This document shows positions 37,823-47,009 of a stretch of DNA of 64,000 nt, one piece after another. A program made the translations under genes and the position numbers. The stretch comes from a candidate division WOR-3 bacterium (GTDB taxonomy: Bacteria; Hydrothermota; Tepidihabitantia; Tepidihabitantales; Tepidihabitantaceae). The stretch spans positions 340,059 through 404,058 of the forward strand of contig JABLXZ010000004.1 of the NCBI GenBank assembly GCA_013177935.1. The letters run 5' to 3'. Position 1 is the first letter of the stretch. The number at the start of each line of letters is the position of its first letter. Below the pieces are notes generated by a model. It ran no database searches, was not told where the DNA came from, and saw only the letters and a program-made list of their open reading frames with translations.

Positions 37823-39202
37823 ATGCTCGAACCCAAACTGCGCGACCTTATCGTTCAGGTACGCAACTATGCGCGCCAGAAAGGCATCAACGCCGAGTTT
37901 TCCCTGCATCGGGAACGCTCCAGCCTTATCCGGCTCGGCAACTCAGCAATCGCCCTCTCCACCTCCGAAGAACTCACCCGGCTTGACATCTCGGTAATGC
38001 AGGGACGCCGGGTTGGCGCCATCTCCTTGACCGCAAACCTCACCAGTTTGGACCAGTTGAAGACCGCACTCCATCAGGCAGAAGAGAACTGCCGCAACGC
38101 CCTGCCCAAAGACTACGACCCCATCTTCGGTGTGGTTGAAGAGCCCATCGCCGACACCACCGGTTATGACCCGGCACTGGAAAACCTCTCGCCTCAGGCA
38201 AAAGCCGACCTGTGCGCCCGGGTGATTAAAACGGTCAAGCCCAAAGGCAACTACGACTTCTCCGGCTCCTGGTCCACCGGTTCCACCGAAATCTACTACA
38301 CCACCACCGCCAACGACCACGAAGCCTATCGCCGCCTAACCGATGGCAAACTGGTCATCGTGCTCAAAGAGCAGGTCAAAAAGTGGGAACTCTCGGTAAA
38401 CCGCACCCAGAAAAAGGCAAACGAGTTTGACGCCGACGGCATCATCGCCGAACTGGAAACCCTTTTGCCCATCTATGAGCAGAACCCGGGCTTTCACCCG
38501 CAAATTGGACCGCAGAAGGTCCTGTTCGGCGCGGGCGCGATTGCCGACCTGCTGGGCTTGTGCCTCTGGGGTGGCTTTATCGGCAGGTTCTACGAAGAAG
38601 GCAGAGCCTTCACCTCCAAATACAAGTTCGGTGACAAAATCTTCTCCGAACACATCACGATTGTTGACGACCCGGCAAACCAACTCGTGTTCCAGATGCC
38701 CTTTGACTTCATCGGCAAGCGGCGCAAACTGTTCAAACTGGTGGAAAAAGGTGTGTTCGCGGGTATGCCTTACGACTCCCAGACCGCAGCAAAGTACAAA
38801 AAACAACCCACGGGCCACGACATTGAAAACTGGGATTTGGTAATGGTGACCGGCACCGGTCCTGCAGACTTAAACCAGGCGCTCCAACTTGCGGACAATG
38901 CCCTTTACATCCCCCATCTCCACTACACCCACCTTCCTGACCCAACCCGCGGCATCTTCACCGGCTCCTCCCGGTTCAACGCCCTCCTGATTAAAGACGG
39001 CAAATTCGTTGCACCTATCTTCTCCTCGCGCATCACCGACGCCATACCCAACCTGTTCAATCAGGTGATTGCGGTCTCATCGCAGGCGGTTGCCGAAAAT
39101 GTGTCCTCAACCTATGAACGCCGCACCCCTTCTGCCTATGCGGTGCCATCCTGGCTCCTCTGCGACAAAGTCAACATTTCGGATGTGGCGGACAGTTTCT
39201 GA
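37823..39202 (+). CDS. pmbA: PmbA/TldE family protein (TldD partner)
   Basis: TldD/PmbA fold pattern; adjacent to tldD; lacks HExxxH. Confidence 0.7.
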   Translation: MLEPKLRDLIVQVRNYARQKGINAEFSLHRERSSLIRLGNSAIALSTSEELTRLDISVMQGRRVGAISLTANLTSLDQLKTALHQAEENCRNALPKDYDPIFGVVEEPIADTTGYDPALENLSPQAKADLCARVIKTVKPKGNYDFSGSWSTGSTEIYYTTTANDHEAYRRLTDGKLVIVLKEQVKKWELSVNRTQKKANEFDADGIIAELETLLPIYEQNPGFHPQIGPQKVLFGAGAIADLLGLCLWGGFIGRFYEEGRAFTSKYKFGDKIFSEHITIVDDPANQLVFQMPFDFIGKRRKLFKLVEKGVFAGMPYDSQTAAKYKKQPTGHDIENWDLVMVTGTGPADLNQALQLADNALYIPHLHYTHLPDPTRGIFTGSSRFNALLIKDGKFVAPIFSSRITDAIPNLFNQVIAVSSQAVAENVSSTYERRTPSAYAVPSWLLCDKVNISDVADSF

Positions 39203-39210
39203 TGGGCTTC

Positions 39211-39239
39211 TTGACTTAAACCGATTTTGCGGTTATTTT
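39211..39239 (+). promoter_or_regulatory. sigma70-like promoter for tRNA-Leu (TTGACT-17-TATTTT)
   Basis: The TTCTTGAC -35 context is shared with the rpmB and pepP promoters. Confidence 0.35.
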
Positions 39240-39257
39240 TAACTGAAAATGACCGAT

Positions 39258-39338
39258 GCCGAGGTGGCGGAAATGGCAGACGCGCTAGCCTCAGGAGTTA
39301 GTGGGGAAACCCATGGGGGTTCAAATCCCCCCCTCGGC
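39258..39338 (+). tRNA. tRNA-Leu (anticodon CAG), type II
   Basis: Acceptor GCCGAGG/CCTCGGC+A; anticodon loop CTCAGGA; T-arm GGGGGTTCAAATCCCCC. Confidence 0.85.
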
Positions 39339-39616
39339 ATTAAAACATTCTAACAACACTAATTCGCCCGCTTTCGCCGGTTCAAGAGCGAATTCCGCTA
39401 TCTCATTTAGAGTCTGAAAACAGCAAACTTTCACGCCCGAGATTTTTACCCGCAGGATAACAAACAGACTCTCAAACAGTTAGCCAGTTTAGCCTGTTTG
39501 AAATAAGGTCAACCCCACCCCCGTTACCGGGATTACCTCTCACACCCCCTTTATTAGCCATCTTGGCACAACAGCACACTCCAATTCCCTTTTTAAACTA
39601 ACTCCTGCCCGCGCTT

Positions 39617-39695
39617 CGCAACTACCTAACTACTTAACTTCTCTCCCCCTGCAAAACTCTGCCGCCTTTGAGACCACTCCAGAGAATCAAGTAGT
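39617..39695. repeat. Duplicated 3' flank (copy A) shared by the two TPR genes; in this copy it lies beyond the premature stop
   Basis: About 90% identical to 43712-43790 (..CTAACT.CTTAACT.CTCTCCCCCTGCAAAACTCTG.CGCCTTTGAGA..ACTCCAGAGAATCAAGTAGT). Confidence 0.7.
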
Positions 39696-39757
39696 CTGTC
39701 AAGAACCCAAACCTGCACTTCAGAAAGGTATGCCCTCTTTTCCAGCGCCCTTTTCGC

Positions 39758-42700
39758 TCACAATTTTGCGCTCTCCTTATCCCCCTTATCCTTATAAACA
39801 AACGCCAACACAGCCATTGCCACGGCAAGGTTCGGGTTCAGTTCAATCGCCTTTGTAAGGTCTGCAATCGCAAGGTCATACTCACCCCTCCTTGCATAGA
39901 CAACTCCCCGGTTGTAGTAAGCCTCAGCAAGGTTCGGGTTCAGTTTAATCGCCCTGTTATAATCCGCTATCGCACGGTCATAATCACCCTTGTTTTTAAA
40001 GGCATTTCCCCGGTTGTTGTACGCCACGGCATCGTTCGGGTCCAGTTTAATCGCCTCTGTAAAGTCCATAATCGCACGGTCATAATCACCCTTGTTGTAA
40101 TAGGCAAGTCCCCGGTTGTTGTACGCATCAGCATCTTTCGGGTTCAGTTCTATCGCCTTATCGTAGTCTGCAATCGCACGGTCATAATCACCCCTCCTTG
40201 CATAGGCATTTCCCCGGTTGTAGTACGCCTCAGCATAGTTCGGGTTGAGTTCAATCGCCTTGGTAAAGTCCGCTATCGCAAGGTCATAATCACCCTTGTC
40301 ATCATAGGCATTTCCCCGGTTGTTGTACGCCACGGCATCGTTCGGGTCCAGTTTAATCGCCTTTGTAAAGTCCATAATCGCACGGTCATAATCACCCTTG
40401 TCATCATAGGCATTTCCCCGGTTGTTGTACGCATCAGCATACTTCGGGTTCAGTTCTATCGCCTTATCGTAGTCTGCAATCGCACGGTCATAATCACCCT
40501 TGTTTTTAAAGGCATTTCCCCGGTTGTTGTACGCATCAGCATACTTCGGGTTCAGTTCTATCGCCTTATCGTAGTCTGCAATCGCACGGTCATACTCACC
40601 CCTCCTTGCATAGGCATTTCCCCGGTTGTTGTACGCAAGAGCAAGGTTCGGGTTCAGTTCTATCGCCTTATCGTAGTCTGCAATCGCACGGTCATAATCA
40701 CCCTTGTCATCATAGGCAATTCCCCGGTTGTTGTACGCATCAGCATACTTCGGGTTCAGTTCTATCGCCTTATCGTAGTCTGCAATCGCACGGTCATACT
40801 CACCCCTCCTTGCATAGGCATTTCCCCGGTTGTTGTACGCCACGGCATCGTTCGGGTCCAGTTTAATCGCCTCTGTAAAGTCCATAATCGCACGGTCATA
40901 ATCACCCTTGTCATCATAGGCAATTCCCCGGTTGTTGTACGCCTTAGCATAGTTCGGGTTCAGTTCTATCACCTTATCGTAGTCTGCAATCGCACGGTCA
41001 TACTCACCCTTGTTTTTAAAGGCATTTCCCCGGTTGTTGTACGCCACGGCATCGTTCGGGTCCAGTTTAATCGCCTCTGTAAAGTCCATAATCGCACGGT
41101 CATAATCACCCTTGTCATCATAGGCAATTCCCCGGTTGTTGTACGCCACGGCAAGGTTTGGGTTCAGTTCTATCGCCTTTGTAAAGTCCGCAATCGCACG
41201 GTCATATTCACCCTTGTTGTAATAGGCAAGTCCCCGGTTGTAGTAAGCCTCAGCAAGGTTCGGGTTCAGTTCTATCGCCTTATCGTAGTCTGCAATCGCA
41301 CGGTCATAATCACCCTTGTTTTTAAAGGCATTTCCCCGGTTGTTGTACGCAAGAGCATCTTTCGGGTTCAGTTCAATCGCCTTGGTAAAGTCCGCTATCG
41401 CAAGGTCATACTCTCCCTTGTTGTAATAGGCATTTCCCCGGTTGTTGTACGCAAGAGCATCTTTCGGGTTCAGTTCTATCGCCCTATTATAATCCGCTAT
41501 CGCACGGTCATACTCTTTCTTATGTGCGTAGGCAACTCCCCGGTTGTTGTACGCCTTAGCATAGTTCGGGTTCAGTTCTATCGCCTTATCGTAGTCCGCA
41601 ATCGCACGGTCACATTCACTCTTGTTGTAATAGGCGTTTCCCCGGTTGTTGTACGCATCAGCAAGGTTCGGGTTCAGTTCAATCGCCTTTGTAAAGTCCG
41701 CTATCGCACGGTCATAATCACCCTTGTCATCATAGGCATTTCCCCGGTTGTTGTACGCAAGAGCAAGGTTCGGGTTCAGTTCAATCGCCTTTGTAAAGTC
41801 CGCTATCGCACGGTCATAATCACCCTTGTTTTTAAAGGCATTTCCCCGGTTGTTGTACGCCTCAGCATAGTTCGGGTTGAGTTCAATCGCCTTTGTAAGG
41901 TCTGCAATCGCACGGTCATAATCACCCCTGTCATCATAGGCAATTCCCCGGTTGTTGTACGCCTTAGCAAGGTTCGGGTTCAGTTTAATCGCCTCTGTAA
42001 AGTCCATAATCGCACGGTCATAATCACCCTTGTTTTTAAAGGCATTTCCCCGGTTGTTGTACGCAAGAGCAAGGTTCGGGTCCAGTTCTATCGCCTTATC
42101 GTAGTCTGCAATCGCACGGTCATAATCACCCTTGTTGTAATAGGCAAGTCCCCGGTTGTTGTACGCAAGAGCAAGGTTCGGGTCCAGTTTAATCGCCTCT
42201 GTAAAGTCCATAATCGCACGGTCATAATCACCCTTGTAATCATAGGCAATTCCCCGGTTGTTGTACGCCACGGCATCGTTCGGGTCCAGTTTAATCGCCC
42301 TGGTAAGCAGTTCTATTGCAATGTCCTCTTTCTCTATAACAAGGTTTGTCCCCAAAGAAAACAAAAATGAAAAATACTTGGTATCTTCAGGCACGCTATC
42401 AGCAACTGTTTTTAGATATTCCCGCCGGCTGTGAGAAGAAAGTCCCGCATATTTCTTTAAAATCGCATCAGTGATGACCGGGTGGGGACCGTATATCATC
42501 TCATCGTCCCGGGATATAAACCCGAACCTTTCAAGTTCGGCAAGAACCGTAGAATGGTCATAAACCTGCTCGTATATTTCTGATGGATAACCCAGCCCAT
42601 ATCTTGCAATAACAAGGATGGGCAAAAACTGTTTCTGTTGCTTGTTATCAAGTTGTAACCACAGGTCCCTAACCGCATTTTCAAAACTTGTTTTACCGCC

Positions 42701-43627
42701 ACGGGCAAGAAAGATAAGAACAGGAAACACCCCTTTTGCCAGCTGTATCGCCTTTTTATCCCCGCCGTGTTTTTCAATGTAGCGCCGGGCGTCATTCTCG
42801 GTCAGAGTTACCTTAACCTCCTCAAACCCATAAACCCCAAGGTTCTCCTTTACCTCCTTTTCCCAGCGGGAAGTCTGCTCACACAGTACAATCCGCACAT
42901 CCAGACTCTGTTGGTAAATCTGCCTGGTCAGGTCAAGAACCGCAGACTTGTTGGTCGCCGCATCGTCAATAATAACCACCCGCGGCTTATCCTGAAACTC
43001 CGGCTCAGAAAGAAACTGGAGCGCCTTCTGTGTGTCTATTGCCCCGACTCCGACAAACACATTCCAGCCTTCCTGCATCAAATCGTAGCCCAGCCGCATC
43101 AAAAGCACCGTCTTCCCTGCGCCACTTTCACCTAAAATTAGCAATCTCGTGCCCTTCTTGACCTTTTCCTTTATCTCTTGATAGCAGTCCCGTTCCACAT
43201 CAGCATTGTCAATAATGCAGTTATAAGTTGGTTTCAAACTACGCAAGAAATTCTCTTTATCCTGCTCTGCATTTGCCCGGTTTACGCTACCGATGATGTT
43301 CGGCAGAAACTCAATCCCTGACGCTTTGATATAACCTTGCCACTCTAAGTAGCTTTTGCAGGTAGCACTGAACTCCGAAAAAAGTTTTTGCAACTCCTGT
43401 TCTGAAGCCTTTGCCTTTCCTTTCTGAAGAACAGCCTCAAAAAATGAGTAAACAAGCCAGATTGGAATCAGGGTTTGCGTCGAAACCAGCGTCGGCACAA
43501 CCATCGTAATAAAGTTTTTTACCAGCGGTTCGTCTAATCCAAGGGCACTGGCAATTTTCTCTGGTGAATCAATACCCCTCTTTATCGCATTTTTTATCCC
43601 GACTAAGATGGATTGGATGTCAAACAC
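39758..43627 (-). CDS. Giant P-loop NTPase (STAND-like) fused to ~50 TPR repeats
   Basis: N-terminal ~430 aa with Walker A LILGESGAGKTVLL and Walker B PRVVIIDDA, then 34-aa TPR units (AYNNRGxAYxxKGDYDRAIADYxKAIELNPN...) to the end. Contains >100-bp perfect internal DNA repeats. The terminal TGA at 39758-39760 replaces a TGG found in the paralog. Confidence 0.7.
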   Translation of the reverse strand: MFDIQSILVGIKNAIKRGIDSPEKIASALGLDEPLVKNFITMVVPTLVSTQTLIPIWLVYSFFEAVLQKGKAKASEQELQKLFSEFSATCKSYLEWQGYIKASGIEFLPNIIGSVNRANAEQDKENFLRSLKPTYNCIIDNADVERDCYQEIKEKVKKGTRLLILGESGAGKTVLLMRLGYDLMQEGWNVFVGVGAIDTQKALQFLSEPEFQDKPRVVIIDDAATNKSAVLDLTRQIYQQSLDVRIVLCEQTSRWEKEVKENLGVYGFEEVKVTLTENDARRYIEKHGGDKKAIQLAKGVFPVLIFLARGGKTSFENAVRDLWLQLDNKQQKQFLPILVIARYGLGYPSEIYEQVYDHSTVLAELERFGFISRDDEMIYGPHPVITDAILKKYAGLSSHSRREYLKTVADSVPEDTKYFSFLFSLGTNLVIEKEDIAIELLTRAIKLDPNDAVAYNNRGIAYDYKGDYDRAIMDFTEAIKLDPNLALAYNNRGLAYYNKGDYDRAIADYDKAIELDPNLALAYNNRGNAFKNKGDYDRAIMDFTEAIKLNPNLAKAYNNRGIAYDDRGDYDRAIADLTKAIELNPNYAEAYNNRGNAFKNKGDYDRAIADFTKAIELNPNLALAYNNRGNAYDDKGDYDRAIADFTKAIELNPNLADAYNNRGNAYYNKSECDRAIADYDKAIELNPNYAKAYNNRGVAYAHKKEYDRAIADYNRAIELNPKDALAYNNRGNAYYNKGEYDLAIADFTKAIELNPKDALAYNNRGNAFKNKGDYDRAIADYDKAIELNPNLAEAYYNRGLAYYNKGEYDRAIADFTKAIELNPNLAVAYNNRGIAYDDKGDYDRAIMDFTEAIKLDPNDAVAYNNRGNAFKNKGEYDRAIADYDKVIELNPNYAKAYNNRGIAYDDKGDYDRAIMDFTEAIKLDPNDAVAYNNRGNAYARRGEYDRAIADYDKAIELNPKYADAYNNRGIAYDDKGDYDRAIADYDKAIELNPNLALAYNNRGNAYARRGEYDRAIADYDKAIELNPKYADAYNNRGNAFKNKGDYDRAIADYDKAIELNPKYADAYNNRGNAYDDKGDYDRAIMDFTKAIKLDPNDAVAYNNRGNAYDDKGDYDLAIADFTKAIELNPNYAEAYYNRGNAYARRGDYDRAIADYDKAIELNPKDADAYNNRGLAYYNKGDYDRAIMDFTEAIKLDPNDAVAYNNRGNAFKNKGDYDRAIADYNRAIKLNPNLAEAYYNRGVVYARRGEYDLAIADLTKAIELNPNLAVAMAVLAFVYKDKGDKESAKL

Positions 43628-43711
43628 AGTTGAAGAAAAATAACAGAGTTTTAGACAATGTCAACTCCAACTATCCTTTCTGTCCTTCGGGCTTAACAAT
43701 AGCCTGCGCTC

Positions 43712-43790
43712 CGCAATTACCTAACTTCTTAACTCCTCTCCCCCTGCAAAACTCTGACGCCTTTGAGATTACTCCAGAGAATCAAGTAGT
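43712..43790. repeat. Duplicated 3' flank (copy B), including the last codons (LLDSLE*) of the TPR-only gene
   Basis: See 39617-39695. Confidence 0.7.
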
Positions 43791-45970
43791 TCATTGAGAC
43801 CCTCAACCATTTCCTCAGGCAGATACGCCCTCTTTTCCAGCGCCCTTTTCACCCACAATTTTGCGTTGTTTTTATCGCCCTTCCCCATATAACCTAATGC
43901 CAGCCCAGCCATTGCCTCGGCAAGGTCCGGGTTCAGTTCAATCGCCTTGGTATAGTCCACTATCGCACGGTCATACTCATCCTTCACAACATAAGCATTT
44001 CCCCGATTGTGGTACGCCTCAGCATTCTCCGGGTCCAGTTCAATCGCCTTTGTATAGTCCGCAATCGCTCGGTATAAATCACCATTATTGTTGTAGGCAA
44101 GTCCCCGGTTGTTGTATGCCTCAGAATAGTTCGGGTTCAGTTCAATCGCCCTCGTAAAGTCCGCTATCGCTCGACCTAATTCACCCTTGTAGTAATAGGT
44201 AAGCCCCCGATTGTAGAAAGCCTTGGGAAGGTTAGGGTTCAGTTCAATCGCCTTATTGTAGTCCGCTATCGCTCGACCTAATTCACCCTTTTTTGCGTAG
44301 GCAAGCCCCCGGTTGTTGTATGCCTCAGAATATTTCGGGTCCAGTTCAATCGCACTTGTAAAATCCGCAATCGCACGGTCATACTCACCCTTGTCTTTAT
44401 AGGCATTTCCCCGGTTGTTGTATGTCTCAGGAAACTTCGGGTTCAGTTCAAGCGCCCTGTTATAGTCGGCAATCGCAAGGGCATACTCACCCTTGTCTGC
44501 ATATGCCACACCCCGATTGTTATACGCCTTAGCATAGTTCGGGTCCAGTTCAATCGCCTTATTGTAGTCCGCAATCGCACGGTCTAATTCACCCTCATCT
44601 CTGTAGGCATTACCACGGTTGTTGTACGCCGCAGCATATTCCGAGTTCAATTCTATCGCCTTCGTCCAGTCCGCTATCGCACGGTCTAATTCACCATTAC
44701 TTGCATAGGCAATTCCACGGTTGTTGTAAGCCTCAGCAAGGTTCGGGTTCAGTTCAATCGCCTTATTAAAGTCCGCAATCGCACGGTCTAAATCACCCTT
44801 CCCTGCATAGGCATTTCCCCGGTTGTTGTAAGCCTCAGCAAAGTTCGGGTTCAGTTCAAGCGCCTTCGTATAGTCCGCTATCGCACGGTCTAATTCACCT
44901 TTGTCTGCATAAGCAAGCCCCCGATTGTGGTAAACCCCCGCATCGTTCGGGTTCAGCTCAAGCGACTTTGTAAAATCCGCAATCGCACGGTCTAAATCAC
45001 CTTTCTTGTAATAGGCAAATCCCCGGAAGTAGTACGCTACAGTAAGGCTCGAGTTCACTTCAATAGCCTTCGTGTAGTCCGCAATCGCACGGTCTAAATC
45101 ACCCTTATTGAAATAGGCACATCCGCGGTTGTTGTAGGCAAGAGCAAACTTCGGGTTCAGTTCAAGCACCTTGTTGTAGTCCGCAATCGCACGGTCATAA
45201 TCACACTTCTTGTAATAGGCATTTCCCCGGTTGTTGTATGTCTCAGGAAACTTTGGGTTCAGTTCAAGCGCCTTCGTATAGTCCGCTATCGCGAGGTCAT
45301 AATCAGCCTTATTGTAATAGGCATTTCCCCGGTTGTTGTAAGGCACAGCATATTTCGGGTTCAGTTCTATCGCCCTATTAAAGTCCGCAATCGCTCGGTC
45401 TAATTCACCTTTGCCAGCATAGGCAACACCCCGGTTGTAGTACACCACTGCAAAGTTCGGGTTCAGTTCAAGCGCCTTATCAAAGTCCGCAATCGCACGC
45501 TCTAATTCACCCTTATTGAAATAGGCACCTCCACGACTGTTGTACGCCTCAGCATCTTTCGGGTTCAGTTCAAGCGCCTTATCAAAGTCCGCAATCGCAC
45601 GCTCTAATTCACCCTTGTTGTAATAGGCAACTCCCCGGTTGTAGTACGCATCAGCAAGGTTCGGGTTCAGTTCAATCGCTTTTGTATAGTCCGCAATCGC
45701 ACGGTCATACTCACCCTTGCCGACATAGGCAACTCCGCGGTTGTTGTACGCATCAGCAAAGTTTGGGTTCAGTTCAAGCACCTTTGTATAGTCCGTAATC
45801 GCACGGTCTAAATCACCCTTCCCTGCATAGGCAAGTCCCCGGTTGTAGTAAACCCCCACATTGTTTGGGTTCAATTCAATCGCCTTTGTATAGTCCGCAA
45901 TCGCAAGGTCATACTCACCCTTCTGGTAATGAGCGTTTCCGCTTTTGAAATAGGTTTCGGCGTCGCTCAC
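43769..45970 (-). CDS. TPR-repeat protein (733 aa, TPR only), paralog of the TPR region of 39758..43627
   Basis: About 20 TPR units with the same AYNNRGxAY...RAIADYTKAIELNPN consensus; C-terminus ...KGDKNNAKLWVKRALEKRAYLPEEMVEGLNELLDSLE. Confidence 0.7.
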   Translation of the reverse strand: MSDAETYFKSGNAHYQKGEYDLAIADYTKAIELNPNNVGVYYNRGLAYAGKGDLDRAITDYTKVLELNPNFADAYNNRGVAYVGKGEYDRAIADYTKAIELNPNLADAYYNRGVAYYNKGELERAIADFDKALELNPKDAEAYNSRGGAYFNKGELERAIADFDKALELNPNFAVVYYNRGVAYAGKGELDRAIADFNRAIELNPKYAVPYNNRGNAYYNKADYDLAIADYTKALELNPKFPETYNNRGNAYYKKCDYDRAIADYNKVLELNPKFALAYNNRGCAYFNKGDLDRAIADYTKAIEVNSSLTVAYYFRGFAYYKKGDLDRAIADFTKSLELNPNDAGVYHNRGLAYADKGELDRAIADYTKALELNPNFAEAYNNRGNAYAGKGDLDRAIADFNKAIELNPNLAEAYNNRGIAYASNGELDRAIADWTKAIELNSEYAAAYNNRGNAYRDEGELDRAIADYNKAIELDPNYAKAYNNRGVAYADKGEYALAIADYNRALELNPKFPETYNNRGNAYKDKGEYDRAIADFTSAIELDPKYSEAYNNRGLAYAKKGELGRAIADYNKAIELNPNLPKAFYNRGLTYYYKGELGRAIADFTRAIELNPNYSEAYNNRGLAYNNNGDLYRAIADYTKAIELDPENAEAYHNRGNAYVVKDEYDRAIVDYTKAIELNPDLAEAMAGLALGYMGKGDKNNAKLWVKRALEKRAYLPEEMVEGLNELLDSLE

Positions 45971-45982
45971 GCCAGCACCCGG

Positions 45983-46705
45983 TTAGACTCTGCCCAGCAT
46001 CCTTTGCAGCCGGAGCCGGAGCACCAAAATGAACGCCCGCCAGATGATGCGTTTTGACATCTTGGACACGCCGGCGCGGCGCTCGGTGAATACGATGGGA
46101 ATCTCTTTGATTCTGCCGCCTTTGCGCCAGATTAAGAAGTCAATCTCAATCTGAAACCCGTACCCATCCTCGCGCAACTGGTTTAAGTCTATCTTACGCA
46201 GCATATCGCACCGGTACGCCTTGAACCCGGCGGTTAAATCGCGTACCGGACAACCGGTAACCTTGCGGGCGTAAAGGCAGGCAAAGTAGGAGAGAAGGAG
46301 CCGTTTCATAGGCCAGTTGACAATGGAGATGCCATCGGAGTAACGCGAGCCAATCACCAGGTCGTAATCTTTTAATAACGCAACCATCTCCGGTATCTTT
46401 TCCGGCGGATGGGAAAAGTCCGCATCCATCTCAAAGCAGTAGTCGTAGTTGTGCTCAAGCGCATACCGGAAACCGAGCACATAGGCGGTGCCCAATCCCA
46501 GTTTCTTTTCCCGGCGAATCAGATGGACGCGCGGGTTGGTCTGCGCCATTTGGGCAACGATGTCACCGGTGCCGTCCGGCGAACCGTCGTCAATGACCAG
46601 GACCTCAATTTCGGGCAACTGGTTGAGAACTACCGGAATGATTTTGTCGATGTTGTCCGCCTCATTATAGGTCGGCATTATCACAAGTCCGCGTGGCACA
46701 GACAA
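45983..46705 (-). CDS. GT2 polyprenyl-phosphate mannosyl/glycosyl-transferase (Dpm1/PpmS-like)
   Basis: VIMPTYNEADNI...VLVIDDGSPDGT...YCFEMDADFSHPP; 240 aa. Confidence 0.75.
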   Translation of the reverse strand: MSVPRGLVIMPTYNEADNIDKIIPVVLNQLPEIEVLVIDDGSPDGTGDIVAQMAQTNPRVHLIRREKKLGLGTAYVLGFRYALEHNYDYCFEMDADFSHPPEKIPEMVALLKDYDLVIGSRYSDGISIVNWPMKRLLLSYFACLYARKVTGCPVRDLTAGFKAYRCDMLRKIDLNQLREDGYGFQIEIDFLIWRKGGRIKEIPIVFTERRAGVSKMSKRIIWRAFILVLRLRLQRMLGRV

Positions 46706-46789
46706 TAATAAAAATTACCCCCCTTTTGTCAAGGAGATTGCTTCGGGCTTTACCCGCAGGGTGCGAAGCAATCCCAACTCCTGCCCTGT

Positions 46790-46948
46790 TTCGGCTTCTG
46801 CTCTTCTGCTCTCTCCGGCTTCTGCCCTTCTACTCTACCCAACTTCTGCTCTTCTGCTCTCTCCGGCTTCTGCTCTTCTGCTCTCTCCGGCTTCTGCCCT
46901 TCTGCTCTCTTCGGCTTCTGCTCTACTGCGCTACCTAACTTCTGCTCT
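46790..46948. repeat. Tandem array of ~6.5 imperfect 24-bp repeats (CGGCTTCTGCYCTTCTRCTCTMYC) in the divergent intergenic region
   Basis: Direct reading at 46790-46948; no unique spacers, so not CRISPR; the core CTTCTGCTC is the rc of the GAGCAGAAG repeats at 25981-26018. Confidence 0.65.
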
Positions 46949-47009
46949 AAAACGCGCCCGTCTTCATTCCATTTACCACTAAGTCCTTGTATTATTTAAA
47001 CTTAGCAGT

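Noticed and set aside
39758-39760. UGA recoding (Trp/Gly/Sec) to read through the NTPase-TPR stop
   Set aside because: Many confidently called genes in the window terminate at TGA, and no SECIS-like hairpin follows; a nonsense mutation is more parsimonious.
41522-42370. 282-aa plus-strand ORF (VVVRLSIVRVQFNRLCKV... repeats) antisense to the TPR array
   Set aside because: Periodic antisense translation of the 102-bp TPR DNA repeats; not a gene.
46790-46948. CRISPR array
   Set aside because: Units are contiguous 24-mers with no interspersed unique spacers, and no cas genes are nearby.
46693-46982. Two 70-80-aa plus-strand ORFs (LLLFCSLRLL...)
   Set aside because: They are translations of the 24-bp tandem repeat array.
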